Shown: positions 9,640 through 21,787, counted from the first letter of the stretch. The stretch: 63,969 nucleotides of DNA from Cytophagales bacterium (GCA_014376535.1 JACMRH010000063.1:1-63969); one strand, 5' to 3'. Notes: generated by a model from the sequence alone, not told the origin. Made by a program: numbers and translations.

Positions 9640-9682
9640 CCATTTAAGCATCTCCAGATTGGAATGCTTAAATGGATTTTTT
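9640..9682 (+). terminator. Rho-independent terminator of the cargo operon
   Basis: CCATTTAAGCAT ... ATGCTTAAATGG 12-bp stem, extended by an inner TCCA/TGGA pairing, followed by TTTTTT. Confidence 0.75.
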
Positions 9683-9694
9683 GAATAAAACTTC

Positions 9695-10213
9695 TTGGGT
9701 AGAACTCATATTTCAATATCAATAGCACTATTACTTCCACTTTTTATGAAATTGGTGGTGGGAAATTATTTGATTTCTACTAAAATTCACAATTACTGTT
9801 ACACTAACTTTTTATATTCAGAATCAGCGATTAAACATACCTCAGTAATCACTTTTCATCAAAAAGATTTTAAGCATCTCAATTGGTTAGAAGATAATGA
9901 ATTCCTGCTCACTGGAATCAAATACGATATAGTTAAAACTGAAAAAATTTCTTCCGACTCAATTAAAGTTTTTTGCGTTGCAGATAATCTTGAAACTTTC
10001 ATAGAAAATAGTTTAGAAGAAAATTTTGAGAAAGATCATGATAAGTCATCTCAAAAAAGCTTGAAGAAAATCACTTCAGATGAATATTTTATTTGGGATT
10101 GGGAAAAGATAATTCTTATTTCTTTTTGGAGTCCACAACACTACACCATTTATAAGACAAGTTTTACTCAATTTTTTTCAGAATGCTCTCAAATACCTCC
10201 GGAAAGGGTTTAG
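9695..10213 (+). CDS. Hypothetical membrane-anchored protein (start uncertain: TTG at 9695 or ATG at 9746)
   Basis: 172-aa ORF with an N-terminal hydrophobic segment ISISIALLLPLFMKLVVGNYLI, no recognisable domain, and a position just upstream of a TonB-dependent receptor. Coding status rests on ORF length only. Confidence 0.4.
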   Translation: MGRTHISISIALLLPLFMKLVVGNYLISTKIHNYCYTNFLYSESAIKHTSVITFHQKDFKHLNWLEDNEFLLTGIKYDIVKTEKISSDSIKVFCVADNLETFIENSLEENFEKDHDKSSQKSLKKITSDEYFIWDWEKIILISFWSPQHYTIYKTSFTQFFSECSQIPPERV

Positions 10214-10249
10214 ATTTTTTATAACACCTGGTTACACAGGTAACATTTA

Positions 10250-10265
10250 GGAATCATTTGATTCC
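10250..10265. promoter_or_regulatory. Perfect palindrome GGAATCA-TT-TGATTCC, operator candidate upstream of the TonB-dependent receptor
   Basis: 7-bp perfect inverted repeat with a 2-nt spacer, ending 38 nt upstream of the ATG at 10304. The AATCATT core is reminiscent of Fur-type boxes. Confidence 0.3.
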
Positions 10266-10303
10266 AGTTTTAATCTATTGTTCTAAATTCTATTAATCAA
10301 ATT

Positions 10304-12715
10304 ATGAAAACGATTTATTTCGCTTTTACAGGATTGCTATTTTCAATTTCATTATTCGCTCAAACAAGTCTAATCAAAGGTAAAATAGTTGATGTCAAAA
10401 CTAATTTCCCTCTTATCGGAGCTACAGTTTTAACTTCTAAAACAACAGGAACCATTTCAGATCAAAATGGGGAATTTACTCTTGAATGCAATGATTCTAT
10501 AGAAATTACTGTGTCTTACATTGGCTACAAGACTCAAACTCTAGTTACAAAATGCACTGAAATTTCTATTGGACTTCAACCCTCAGAAGTTCACCTTGAA
10601 GAAGTAGAGATTACCGCTACCTCAAACTCTAACAAGGCTATCTTAAACCAGCCTGAATCTATTGTGAAACTAAATGAGGTTGAACTGAAACGAGGTGCAG
10701 GACTATTTCTTGATGATGCTATAAATACAAATGTGCCCGGCGTTTACATGGAAAGAAGAAGTGTTGCAGCAGGTCAGCAATTTAACATTCGCGGATATGG
10801 AAACGGCGCCAGGGGTACAAACGGAGTCAACTGCAATTTTGACGGGCAGGGCTCAAAGGTTTATCTAAATAATATACCCATTACTGATGCAGAGGGCATC
10901 ACTTTAATGGACGATATTGATTTTAATTCTATAAGCAATGTAGAAGTAATAAAGGGACCAGCAGGATCTTTGTATGGTTTGGCAATAGCAGGAGTTGTAA
11001 ACTTGCAAACTAAAAAGGCCGAAAAGGGTAAGGTTTCCATTGGTCAAAATTCTTTGATTGGAAATTATGGCTTGCAGAGGTACACGACCAGTTTGCAAAT
11101 CGGCGGTGAAAAATCTTCTCTATTGTTGAATTACGGCAACCAGAAATCAGACGGCTTTATGGTTCACAACAGATCGCACAAAGACTTTGTAAACGTTATG
11201 GGTGATTTTACTCTTAACCCGAAACAATCTATTACGACTTATCTGGGTTATAGCAACTCTTATGATGAAAGATCTGGAGAATTAACTGTGCTACAATATC
11301 AAAACAAAGACTATTCCGGGAATCCATCTTATATAAAAAACAATGCTCATTCTCAAATAATCAGCTTCAGGGCTGGGTTAGGACACACCTATAAATTCAC
11401 AGAAAATATATCTAATACAACTACAGTGTTTGGTTCTGGTGTAAGCAACGATGCAAGTTCGGCAGGTGGATGGACAGACAAAAAGCCACTGAATTATGGA
11501 TTAAGATCTACAATGAACATGAAGTTTCCATTAGGAACTAAGATTGGTCTTTCCAGTATTTCTGGAGTGGAATTACAAAGTCAGCAGGCTCAAATAATCG
11601 GGTACGGGATGGTGGCCGACAGTTCAAACTTAAGCGGATATAATATCATAGGTGCAATGAGAAGCAATCAGGCTACAATTTCATCTACATCTTCAGTCTT
11701 TTCCGAATGGACTCTTGCTTTACCTCATGAATTCTCCGTGACAGCCGGAGTGGGTTTAAGCAATATGTACATTGAATTAAATGACCGGTTCTATGTTGCC
11801 TCTAACAACAACCCAAAAAATCCGAAAGGAACGCACAATCCTACAAATTATAAAACATCTTATAATAATATGATTTCATCCCGGTTTGCTGTCAATAAAG
11901 TATTCAGTAAACAAACCTCTGTTTATGCATCTTACAGCCGAGGTTATAAAGCTCCGGTAAGTTCGTATTTCTTTATTCCCACAACCGGGCAAGTTAATTC
12001 TGATTTAAAGCCGGAAATAGGGGATCAGTTTGAAGTTGGAACAAAAGGCTCGTTGTTGAACGACAAGCTAGTATATCAGCTAGCATTCTTTAATTCCATA
12101 TTTACAAATAAAATGACCAATGTATCAGTTCAAAATCCGGCTAATACTGCTACACTTTACAATTACGTAGCGAACGGTGGAAGTCAGGACAATAAGGGTA
12201 TTGAGCTGCTGCTAAAATACACCGCTTATCAGTCTGATAATGGTTTTGTTAGTGCAATACGTCCTTTTGCAAACCTGGCCTATTCAGATTTTAGGTATGT
12301 CAATTTCAAAATTCAGTCTATTGGAAAAGACAAGTCTAAAAAGGATAGTGTAATAACAACAGATTACAGTGGAAATGCTGTTGCAGGAGTTGCTCCAATT
12401 ACAGCAAATGTTGGATTAGATTTTATAACCAGGTTTGGGTTTTATGCCAACGCAAGTTTTAATTACAGAGATGCCATGCCTTTTACCTCAGACGGTTTAA
12501 ATAAAACAACCGATTACAGTCTGATAAACTGCAAAATTGGTTTCCAGAAAATGCTGTTTAAGCATCTTGATCTTAACATTTATGCCGGAGGTGACAACCT
12601 GGCCAATACACAATACTTTTACATGGTCTTCCTAAATCAATTGCCAGACGCCTATTTACCTGCGCCACTGACAGCAAATTTTTATGGTGGGATTAATCTG
12701 AGATATATTTTCTGA
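10304..12715 (+). CDS. TonB-dependent receptor with N-terminal CarboxypepD_reg-like domain
   Basis: Signal peptide ...FSISLFAQ. LIKGKIVDVKTNFPLIGATV is the CarboxypepD_reg motif. The plug region reads VELKRGAGLFLDDAINTNVPGVYMERR...FNIRGYG. The C-terminal barrel ends GGINLRYIF with a terminal aromatic residue. Confidence 0.9.
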   Translation: MKTIYFAFTGLLFSISLFAQTSLIKGKIVDVKTNFPLIGATVLTSKTTGTISDQNGEFTLECNDSIEITVSYIGYKTQTLVTKCTEISIGLQPSEVHLEEVEITATSNSNKAILNQPESIVKLNEVELKRGAGLFLDDAINTNVPGVYMERRSVAAGQQFNIRGYGNGARGTNGVNCNFDGQGSKVYLNNIPITDAEGITLMDDIDFNSISNVEVIKGPAGSLYGLAIAGVVNLQTKKAEKGKVSIGQNSLIGNYGLQRYTTSLQIGGEKSSLLLNYGNQKSDGFMVHNRSHKDFVNVMGDFTLNPKQSITTYLGYSNSYDERSGELTVLQYQNKDYSGNPSYIKNNAHSQIISFRAGLGHTYKFTENISNTTTVFGSGVSNDASSAGGWTDKKPLNYGLRSTMNMKFPLGTKIGLSSISGVELQSQQAQIIGYGMVADSSNLSGYNIIGAMRSNQATISSTSSVFSEWTLALPHEFSVTAGVGLSNMYIELNDRFYVASNNNPKNPKGTHNPTNYKTSYNNMISSRFAVNKVFSKQTSVYASYSRGYKAPVSSYFFIPTTGQVNSDLKPEIGDQFEVGTKGSLLNDKLVYQLAFFNSIFTNKMTNVSVQNPANTATLYNYVANGGSQDNKGIELLLKYTAYQSDNGFVSAIRPFANLAYSDFRYVNFKIQSIGKDKSKKDSVITTDYSGNAVAGVAPITANVGLDFITRFGFYANASFNYRDAMPFTSDGLNKTTDYSLINCKIGFQKMLFKHLDLNIYAGGDNLANTQYFYMVFLNQLPDAYLPAPLTANFYGGINLRYIF

Positions 12716-12720
12716 TTTTA

Positions 12721-12750
12721 AAAGAGGAGCAATAATGTTTGCTCCTCTTT
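12721..12750 (+). terminator. Rho-independent terminator after the TonB-dependent receptor
   Basis: 12-bp perfect stem AAAGAGGAGCAA / TTGCTCCTCTTT with a 6-nt loop, starting 6 nt after the stop. Confidence 0.6.
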
Positions 12751-13288
12751 CATTATGCATCAATATTGTTTTCTGAATTCATTTTTTGTTTCCTTATTTA
12801 TCTGGGATTGATCCAGAACAATTTTTTTTGCGATTAGTTACCCCTAGATTTTTAGTTTGGTTTTCTTTCAAACCCTCCTTATTCTGGCAGAATTAAATCT
12901 TATATAAATAAGCTTTTTACATTTTTACTAATTTGTTATGATCATTTGTATGGTCACAAAATAGTTTTAACCTTTCGAATAGTCGTGCATAGGAAGTTCA
13001 ATTACAATTTCTTTCTTATAATCGATCATATCAGTCGGCGAATTTGTTATTTTGGGAAGATTTAATAGGTTAGAATTAGGCTAATATATGGTGAAGACTT
13101 AAAAATAATTTTTATAGTTTCCTGATCAACTATAGCCTAATCATTTTTTTAATATTGGCTAGATTAAATTCAGTAATATCAGCCTGAAAACTAATCATTC
13201 ATTTTATAAATGCAATTCTATTTTTTGATGGCATACTTTTCGTTTAGAAAGGTTCGTATGAATTTTAATAATAATTTAAACTAGCATT

Positions 13289-13675
13289 GTGAAACGACCT
13301 GACTTTATACTTTTAGTAGACGATGACCAAATAACCAATTATCTCACTCAAAGACTGCTTACCCGACTGAATCCTTCTGCAACTGTAAGAATAGCTAACA
13401 ATGGAGAAGAAGCATTACGGATAATTAAAGAAACTGCCGATGTAGATCATATTTCTCCTGATCTCATATTGTTAGATGTAAATATGCCTGTAATGAATGG
13501 GATTGAATTTATGAGTGCTTTAACTGAAAGCGATTACAGGGATCACAGCAGGATAGTTGCAGTAACTACCTCTAGTAATAAAAATGATTTTGCCGCTTTA
13601 AGAAAATATGGTATAGATGAAATTATTCTAAAACCACTCACCCCCAGCCGCATGGCTGAATTGATGGCTGAATGA
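13289..13675 (+). CDS. Response regulator, receiver domain only (CheY-like), GTG start
   Basis: LLVDDDQ acidic pocket, phospho-acceptor context LILLDVNMPVMNG, VAVTTSS, and ILKPL lysine. No output domain. The only in-frame start is GTG, because the upstream ATG at 13259 runs into a stop. Confidence 0.85.
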   Translation: MKRPDFILLVDDDQITNYLTQRLLTRLNPSATVRIANNGEEALRIIKETADVDHISPDLILLDVNMPVMNGIEFMSALTESDYRDHSRIVAVTTSSNKNDFAALRKYGIDEIILKPLTPSRMAELMAE

Positions 13676-13778
13676 CAACAACAGTATTAGGGCTTCTTTG
13701 ATATCTACCAGTAGTTTATAAAAAGCTAATAAGCTTTAAGTTTGCTATCTTGCTTTCAAATCTTCGACTTTTAAGGTT

Positions 13779-15155
13779 ATGAAAATAAGGTATCAGCTTA
13801 CCTTTTTGTTTACCACCATTGTGGCTTCCTTTCTTTTTGTGTTTTGTTTATCAGTGTATTTTTTTTATTCACAGTTCAGAGAAAGAGAATTTTTTAGTCG
13901 TTTAAAAGAAAAAGCACATTACACAGCTGAATTATGGGATTTTGAAGAAGATCCTAAAAAATTGTTCCAGTTTATGTACGATATGAACCTTACAAGTTTA
14001 TACAGTGAACAGGTACGCATCTTAAAAAATTGGCAGGAAAACGAGTATGTAAGTGATAAAGAAGCCGAAAAGGTCATTTCATTTGAACAATATAAAAGGA
14101 TAGCATCTGGAAAACAGCTTCGTGCCCGAAAAGGAGAACGGGAAATTCTCGGTTTATTATACAAAAGCAAAAATAAGGGCAATTATGTAATTATAGTATC
14201 AGCTGTTGATAAGTTCGGACTTGGTAAATTGGATACACTTTTTGCCATTTTAGCTACCGGATGGGCTCTAAGTGTAATATTTGTGATGTTGGCTGGCTAC
14301 TTTTTTGCTGGAAACATTCTTAAGCCAATCTCCGAAATCATAAATGAAGTAAGTGAGATTAGTTTTACAAATATGCAAAAGCGGCTTAGTAACAGGCCTG
14401 GCAAAGACGAAATTTCAGAACTTTCCAGAACTTTCAATCAACTGCTGTCCCGGTTAGAGGACTCTTTTAAAATGCAAAAAAGCTTTGTTTCAAATGCATC
14501 TCACGAAATCAGAAATCCATTAGCATCTATAAAAGCTCAGCTTGATGTTACAATGTTGAAAGAACGTGATGTAGAAGAATATGGTGTTTTATTGAAATCT
14601 TTATCGCAGGATATTGACCGGATGATCAAAATAGCAAACGGCTTATTGGAACTGGCTAAAGTAAGTGGCGATTTTACATTTGTTCAATTTGAAACCTGTC
14701 GGGTAGATGAAATAATTTTAGAAGCAGCCAATAGCCTCGTAAGATATAAGCCTGAATATAATTTTACTTTTGATTATGAAACCTTGCCTGAGGAAGAAGA
14801 TCTTCTGGTTAGTGGATCTTCTGATTTATTATACTCCGCATTTTATAATATTATAGAAAATGGATGCAAATATTCTAATAACCATAAAGTTGCTATCAAA
14901 TTAAGTTTTAGTAAAAATGAAATAATACTTCAATTTCAGGATCAGGGAATTGGAATTTCCAATGAAGACAATAAAAGGATTTTTGAGCCTTTTTACAGAA
15001 GTGAAGTAGCCAGGGAATATACAGGAATTGGTTTAGGATTGTCTTTGGTACAAAAAATTATTCAGCAGCACAAAGGCAAAATCACTATCCATTCTGAGGA
15101 GGGTGTTGGAACTCTCGTTACAGTTAAGCTTAATAAAAAGAGTCCATATTTTTGA
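13779..15155 (+). CDS. Sensor histidine kinase (2 TM + HAMP + HisKA + HATPase_c)
   Basis: H-box FVSNASHEIRNPLASI. N box ENGCKYS. G boxes FQDQGIGIS and GIGLGLSLVQKI. Two hydrophobic segments flank a ~130-aa periplasmic loop. Confidence 0.9.
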   Translation: MKIRYQLTFLFTTIVASFLFVFCLSVYFFYSQFREREFFSRLKEKAHYTAELWDFEEDPKKLFQFMYDMNLTSLYSEQVRILKNWQENEYVSDKEAEKVISFEQYKRIASGKQLRARKGEREILGLLYKSKNKGNYVIIVSAVDKFGLGKLDTLFAILATGWALSVIFVMLAGYFFAGNILKPISEIINEVSEISFTNMQKRLSNRPGKDEISELSRTFNQLLSRLEDSFKMQKSFVSNASHEIRNPLASIKAQLDVTMLKERDVEEYGVLLKSLSQDIDRMIKIANGLLELAKVSGDFTFVQFETCRVDEIILEAANSLVRYKPEYNFTFDYETLPEEEDLLVSGSSDLLYSAFYNIIENGCKYSNNHKVAIKLSFSKNEIILQFQDQGIGISNEDNKRIFEPFYRSEVAREYTGIGLGLSLVQKIIQQHKGKITIHSEEGVGTLVTVKLNKKSPYF

Positions 15156-15245
15156 AATCATAATTCAAGGCAATAATTTCTTCATAAACTTTGTAAAAAA
15201 CTTAGTGTTCTTTGTGTTTATTTAAAAAGCTGAGGAATTTCCCAA

Positions 15246-17735
15246 ATGGAGTCAATTCAATTCATAGATTGCTATTTACCCCTTGCTTTATCCGGCACGT
15301 TTACCTACAAGTTGCCAATAGAATTTCAAGATAAATTGGTTCAGGGAAGCCTTGTAGTGGTTCCTTTCAATGAAAGAAACATTTATACCGGCATTGTTAA
15401 GCGTGTACATTCTCAGCCACCAGTTGGTTACATCGTAAAGAATGCTATAGAAATACTTGAACAAGAACCTGTTTTCCATCCCACACAATTAAAGCTATTA
15501 GATTGGATTAGTGAATATTATATGGCAGAGCCAGGCCTGACTTTTCATGCTGCACTTCCTGCCGGGTTTAAAATCTCAACAGAATCTAAAATCCAGATAC
15601 ATCCTGCTTTCGAAGAAGATGAAACAACGCAATTGTCTGAAAATGAAGGGAAATTATTAGACGCACTTAAAACTGTGCCTGCCTTAACTTATGCTGACGC
15701 ATTAAAAGTCACCAGAACTAAAACCCTTTACCATATACTTCAATCCTTAAAAAAGAAGCAGGCTATTCTTTTGTTTGAAGAATATAAACACATTTATAAG
15801 CCCAGAATTATTCAGAAAATAAGGTTAGCTGAAAAATTTATTATTGACAGAGAATTACTGAAGGAGCTGATGGACAGCATCTCAGGACAAGAGAAGCAAG
15901 AAAATGTATTGCTAAAATACTTGCAGGATGTACCTGTTTGGAATGATAAAACTATTAATCAATCAGGTATTCCGAAAAACGTTTTCAATGGTAATGATTT
16001 TTCAGGATCTGCACTTAAGACCTTAATTAAAAAAGGTGTTTTTGAAGAATTTAAGGAAATTACTTCCAGGGAAAATATTGTAACCGAAGAGTTAAAGAAA
16101 GACTATCAATTATCCGATATACAAGAGATTGCCTTACAAAGAATAAGGGAATTATTTCTGCAAAAGGATATTGTTTTGTTGCAGGGTATTACCGGAAGCG
16201 GTAAAACGGAAATTTATATCAGTTTGGTGCAGGAGCAAATTGCAGCTGGTAAACAGGTTTTGTTTTTAATGCCAGAAATTGCCCTAACAACCCACATGAC
16301 CTCTCGTTTGGTTAAATATTTTGGTAAAGAGCTAGATACTTATCATTCCAGGCTGTCTGAAAACGAAAGAGTAGAAACATGGAAAAAAGTGCAGGATGGA
16401 ACAAGCCTTCTGGTATTAGGGGCAAGGTCTTCTGTTTTTCTTCCATTCAAAAACCTGGGATTAATTATCATTGATGAGGAACATGACTCTTCCTTTAAAC
16501 AAAATGAAAAGACTCCACGATATCAGGCCAGAGATACAGCCTTGGTTTTAGCAAAACTGAGTGGTGCAAAAACATTATTAGGTTCCGCAACACCATCACT
16601 GGAAAGTTATTACAAAGCCAAATCAGGGATTTATGGATATGTAAGATTAGATACAAGGCATGGTCAATCTTTGATGCCACTTATCCAATTTGCAGATTTA
16701 AAAGCAGACAGGAAAAATACCGCTTTGCCTAATCCGCATATGGAATATTCAACCTTCCTTATTAAATCACTTGAAGAAAGTTTGGAAGCAAAAGAGCAAT
16801 CACTATTATTTCAAAACAGAAGAGGTTATGCGCCTTATTTGTGCTGTGAAACCTGTGGCTGGGTATCTATGTGCAAGCAATGTGCAGTTTCCCTTACCTA
16901 CCACCAAAGAGATAAAAGACTAAAATGTCATTATTGCGGACATCAGGAAAAGGTGTCGGCTACTTGTCCAGCCTGCAATTCAGCACGACTGACCACCAAA
17001 GGCTTAGGCACTGAAAAGATTGAAGAAGACCTGGCAGCCTTATTGCCTAAAGCCAGAGTTCAAAGAATGGACCAGGATACAACCAGGACTAAAAATGCTT
17101 TTAAAAATATTTATGATGGTCTTAATAAAGGGGAAATTGATATTCTGGTCGGTACCCAAATGATTACCAAAGGACTGGATTTCGAAAAAATTAATTTAGC
17201 AGGAGTCCTAAATGCAGATCAAATGATGTATTTCCCCGATTTTAGAGCAAATGAAAGGGCTTTTCAAATGCTTACACAAGTAGCAGGGAGAACTGGCAGG
17301 AGAGAAATACAGGGAAAGGTCATCATCCAGACTTTCAATCCTTCTCATTATTTGCTTCAATTTCTTCAGCAAAACGATATTGATGGTTTTTATGAGAGAG
17401 AAATTCAGGAAAGGGAAAAATTTCATTACCCGCCTTTTACAAGGTTGATAAAGCTTACTTTTAAGGATAAAGACAAAAATACCTGTGAACTTTCTGCAAA
17501 TTTTATTGCCGTTAAATTGAGAAAGCTATTTGGCGGTGCAAGAGTTTTAGGCCCTGAATGGCCGCCTGTTGACCGAATTAACAATATGTATTTGAAAGAA
17601 ATACTTCTGAAATTCGAAAGGGACAAAATTGATATTGCCAAAACGAAATTACTTTTAAAGAACGCTATTTCAGAATTTCATAAGGACAAAACCTATAAAA
17701 GCACCATTTTAGTCCTGGATGTAGATCCTTATTGA
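15246..17735 (+). CDS. priA: Primosomal protein N' (replication restart helicase PriA)
   Basis: Walker A GITGSGKTE, DEEH box IIDEEHD, and cysteine-rich zinc-binding insert CCETCGW...CKQC...CHYCGH...CPACNS. Confidence 0.93.
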   Translation: MESIQFIDCYLPLALSGTFTYKLPIEFQDKLVQGSLVVVPFNERNIYTGIVKRVHSQPPVGYIVKNAIEILEQEPVFHPTQLKLLDWISEYYMAEPGLTFHAALPAGFKISTESKIQIHPAFEEDETTQLSENEGKLLDALKTVPALTYADALKVTRTKTLYHILQSLKKKQAILLFEEYKHIYKPRIIQKIRLAEKFIIDRELLKELMDSISGQEKQENVLLKYLQDVPVWNDKTINQSGIPKNVFNGNDFSGSALKTLIKKGVFEEFKEITSRENIVTEELKKDYQLSDIQEIALQRIRELFLQKDIVLLQGITGSGKTEIYISLVQEQIAAGKQVLFLMPEIALTTHMTSRLVKYFGKELDTYHSRLSENERVETWKKVQDGTSLLVLGARSSVFLPFKNLGLIIIDEEHDSSFKQNEKTPRYQARDTALVLAKLSGAKTLLGSATPSLESYYKAKSGIYGYVRLDTRHGQSLMPLIQFADLKADRKNTALPNPHMEYSTFLIKSLEESLEAKEQSLLFQNRRGYAPYLCCETCGWVSMCKQCAVSLTYHQRDKRLKCHYCGHQEKVSATCPACNSARLTTKGLGTEKIEEDLAALLPKARVQRMDQDTTRTKNAFKNIYDGLNKGEIDILVGTQMITKGLDFEKINLAGVLNADQMMYFPDFRANERAFQMLTQVAGRTGRREIQGKVIIQTFNPSHYLLQFLQQNDIDGFYEREIQEREKFHYPPFTRLIKLTFKDKDKNTCELSANFIAVKLRKLFGGARVLGPEWPPVDRINNMYLKEILLKFERDKIDIAKTKLLLKNAISEFHKDKTYKSTILVLDVDPY

Positions 17736-17833
17736 TCTTTTTAATTGACATATAAAGGTTTTAAAGATCAAGGCCTTTTTTTTTCGGTCAAAACTAAGGT
17801 ACTTTTGTTGAGTCCGGAATTACACTTCATCAA

Positions 17834-18916
17834 ATGCTAAAAAGACTTTCTTTTCTAATATTTTCAATGTTTTTGTGCCTTCAGCTGCAAGCTCAACGTG
17901 CACCTGTAGGATTCAAAACCCGGATTGTCAATTTTGGAAAAGTAAAAGAAACAGCAGGGAAAATATTTTATGACTTTGTCTATTTCAATAGGGGAGAAGG
18001 CCCTCTAAGAATAGAAAAGGTGGCTGCAGCATGTGGTTGTACAGCAGCAGATTATACACCTGTGGCAGTGCCAAAAGATAGTTCGGGCCACATCAAAGTA
18101 AGTTATAATACTACCAATAGGCCGGGCGAGATTAATAAAACTATTTCCATTTACTTTGTTGGATACCCTGAGCCAGAAATCCTTACTCTAAAAGGAATTG
18201 TTATTGGTAGTCACCGGTTAATAGAACGTGAATTGGTCTACCGTTACGGAAACCTCCGATTTCAATCCAGCACGTTAAATTTTGGAACAGTCAGAACCGG
18301 GCTCCCTGAAAAAAGAGAATATGAATTTTACAATGCAGGTACCAAAGACATTCAATTGAAGCAATTACAATACGATACAAATTTTATGAAAGTATCGATT
18401 AAAAAGACAACTCTGAAGCCGAAAGAAATATCAAAAATGATTGTGAAATATGATGCGGTAAAAAGAAAAGACTGGGGTTTTGTAACTGATACTATTCACC
18501 TGATCACAACAGACGATTCTATGGCTGTTAAGTCCTTGCCCGTTATTGCTCATATTGAAGAATATTTTCCGCTAAAAGAAATTATAGCAATTGAAAACAG
18601 CCCTAAGATCAAATTTGAAAAAACAGAACAGCATTTGGGCTCTGTTAAAGAAGGTGGTACAGTCAGCAATATTTTTAAATTGACGAATGATGGAAAGGTT
18701 GACCTGGTAATAAGGAAAATAGTTCCCGGATGCAAATGCCTCACATTTGAAACACCAAAGTATATCCTTAAACCAGGTGAGGCCAGCACAATAAAAGTAA
18801 CAATGGACACCAAATACCGTGAAGGAGTGCAGAATAAAAATATTACCGTAATCAGCAATTCTCCTTCATCGCCAAGCGTCAATTTGTGGATTAGGGTTAA
18901 TGTTATTAGTAATTGA
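17834..18916 (+). CDS. DUF1573 domain-containing secreted protein (about three tandem copies)
   Basis: Signal peptide ...LCLQLQAQ. The repeated pattern F..V..G........F.N.G...L.I.....CGC(T) appears as AAACGCTAADY and VPGCKCLTFE. Confidence 0.75.
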   Translation: MLKRLSFLIFSMFLCLQLQAQRAPVGFKTRIVNFGKVKETAGKIFYDFVYFNRGEGPLRIEKVAAACGCTAADYTPVAVPKDSSGHIKVSYNTTNRPGEINKTISIYFVGYPEPEILTLKGIVIGSHRLIERELVYRYGNLRFQSSTLNFGTVRTGLPEKREYEFYNAGTKDIQLKQLQYDTNFMKVSIKKTTLKPKEISKMIVKYDAVKRKDWGFVTDTIHLITTDDSMAVKSLPVIAHIEEYFPLKEIIAIENSPKIKFEKTEQHLGSVKEGGTVSNIFKLTNDGKVDLVIRKIVPGCKCLTFETPKYILKPGEASTIKVTMDTKYREGVQNKNITVISNSPSSPSVNLWIRVNVISN

Positions 18917-18955
18917 ATTATGAATTATGAATTATGAATTATGAATTATGAATAA
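18914..18955 (+). repeat. Tandem heptanucleotide array (TGAATTA)x5 plus one degenerate unit, filling the whole intergenic gap
   Basis: Perfect units at 18914, 18921, 18928, 18935 and 18942, with TGAATAA at 18949. The first unit supplies the TGA stop of the upstream gene. The ATG of the downstream gene (18948) spans the junction of the fifth unit and the sixth (degenerate) unit. Confidence 0.95.
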
Positions 18956-19286
18956 ATTACTTATTGGACTTTTATTGTTAATGATCTTTTCGGCTTGTAA
19001 AAAGGAAACACAAACTGAAGCCAACGTTTTGGAAAAAGAGAAAATGGTGACAGTTTTAACTCAACTTCACCTTGCAGAAGCATATGTAAATGCTAACTAC
19101 ACTTTTTCAGACTCAGCAAGATATCTCTATAAAAGCTTAGAAGACTCGATCTTGAAATCTCAAGGAACCAACCTTGCAGTTTTTGATTCTAGCCTGGCTT
19201 ATTATCAAAAGGATGTAAAAAGTATGGATGAAATTTATGCTGCTTCCATTGACAGTTTGAGCTTGATGGAAGGGATTTCGAAATAG
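18948..19286 (+). CDS. DUF4296-like small lipoprotein
   Basis: Lipobox-like LLLLMIFSACKKE. The LHLAEAY... pattern is typical of DUF4296. Confidence 0.65.
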   Translation: MNKLLIGLLLLMIFSACKKETQTEANVLEKEKMVTVLTQLHLAEAYVNANYTFSDSARYLYKSLEDSILKSQGTNLAVFDSSLAYYQKDVKSMDEIYAASIDSLSLMEGISK

Positions 19287-19310
19287 TTTACATAGATTTA
19301 AACCAACAAA

Positions 19311-19342
19311 AAAAAGGTGGTCAAATTCTAACCACCTTTTTT
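19311..19342. terminator. Bidirectional intrinsic terminator between convergent genes
   Basis: AAAAAGGTGGT-9 nt loop-ACCACCTTTTTT, with an A-run and a T-run on either side. Confidence 0.75.
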
Positions 19343-19365
19343 GATTAAGAAGTTTATTTGGAAAA

Positions 19366-21660
<2,295 letters not shown>

Positions 21661-21787
21661 TTAGTTTTCATCTATTTTGTTTATGTATGCATAGATATTT
21701 AATATATGATTATAACTGATTACTTAAGTTAGTTTAACATACATTTCTCGTACGAAAAATTCACCCTAGCATCTCCCCACTACACTA

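Noticed and set aside
12751-13288. Search for a hidden gene, tRNA or riboswitch in the long spacer before the response regulator
   Set aside because: Only very short ORFs of about 20 aa occur on either strand. I could see no tRNA-like T-arm (GGTTCGAATCC-type), no extended conserved-looking helices, and no repeats.
18914-18955. Could the heptamer arrays (here and at 24970, 26718, 56805, 57833) be CRISPR-like or minisatellite coding repeats?
   Set aside because: The units are 7 nt and directly tandem with no spacers, so this is not CRISPR architecture. No cas genes were seen. The arrays are intergenic and their period is not a multiple of 3.
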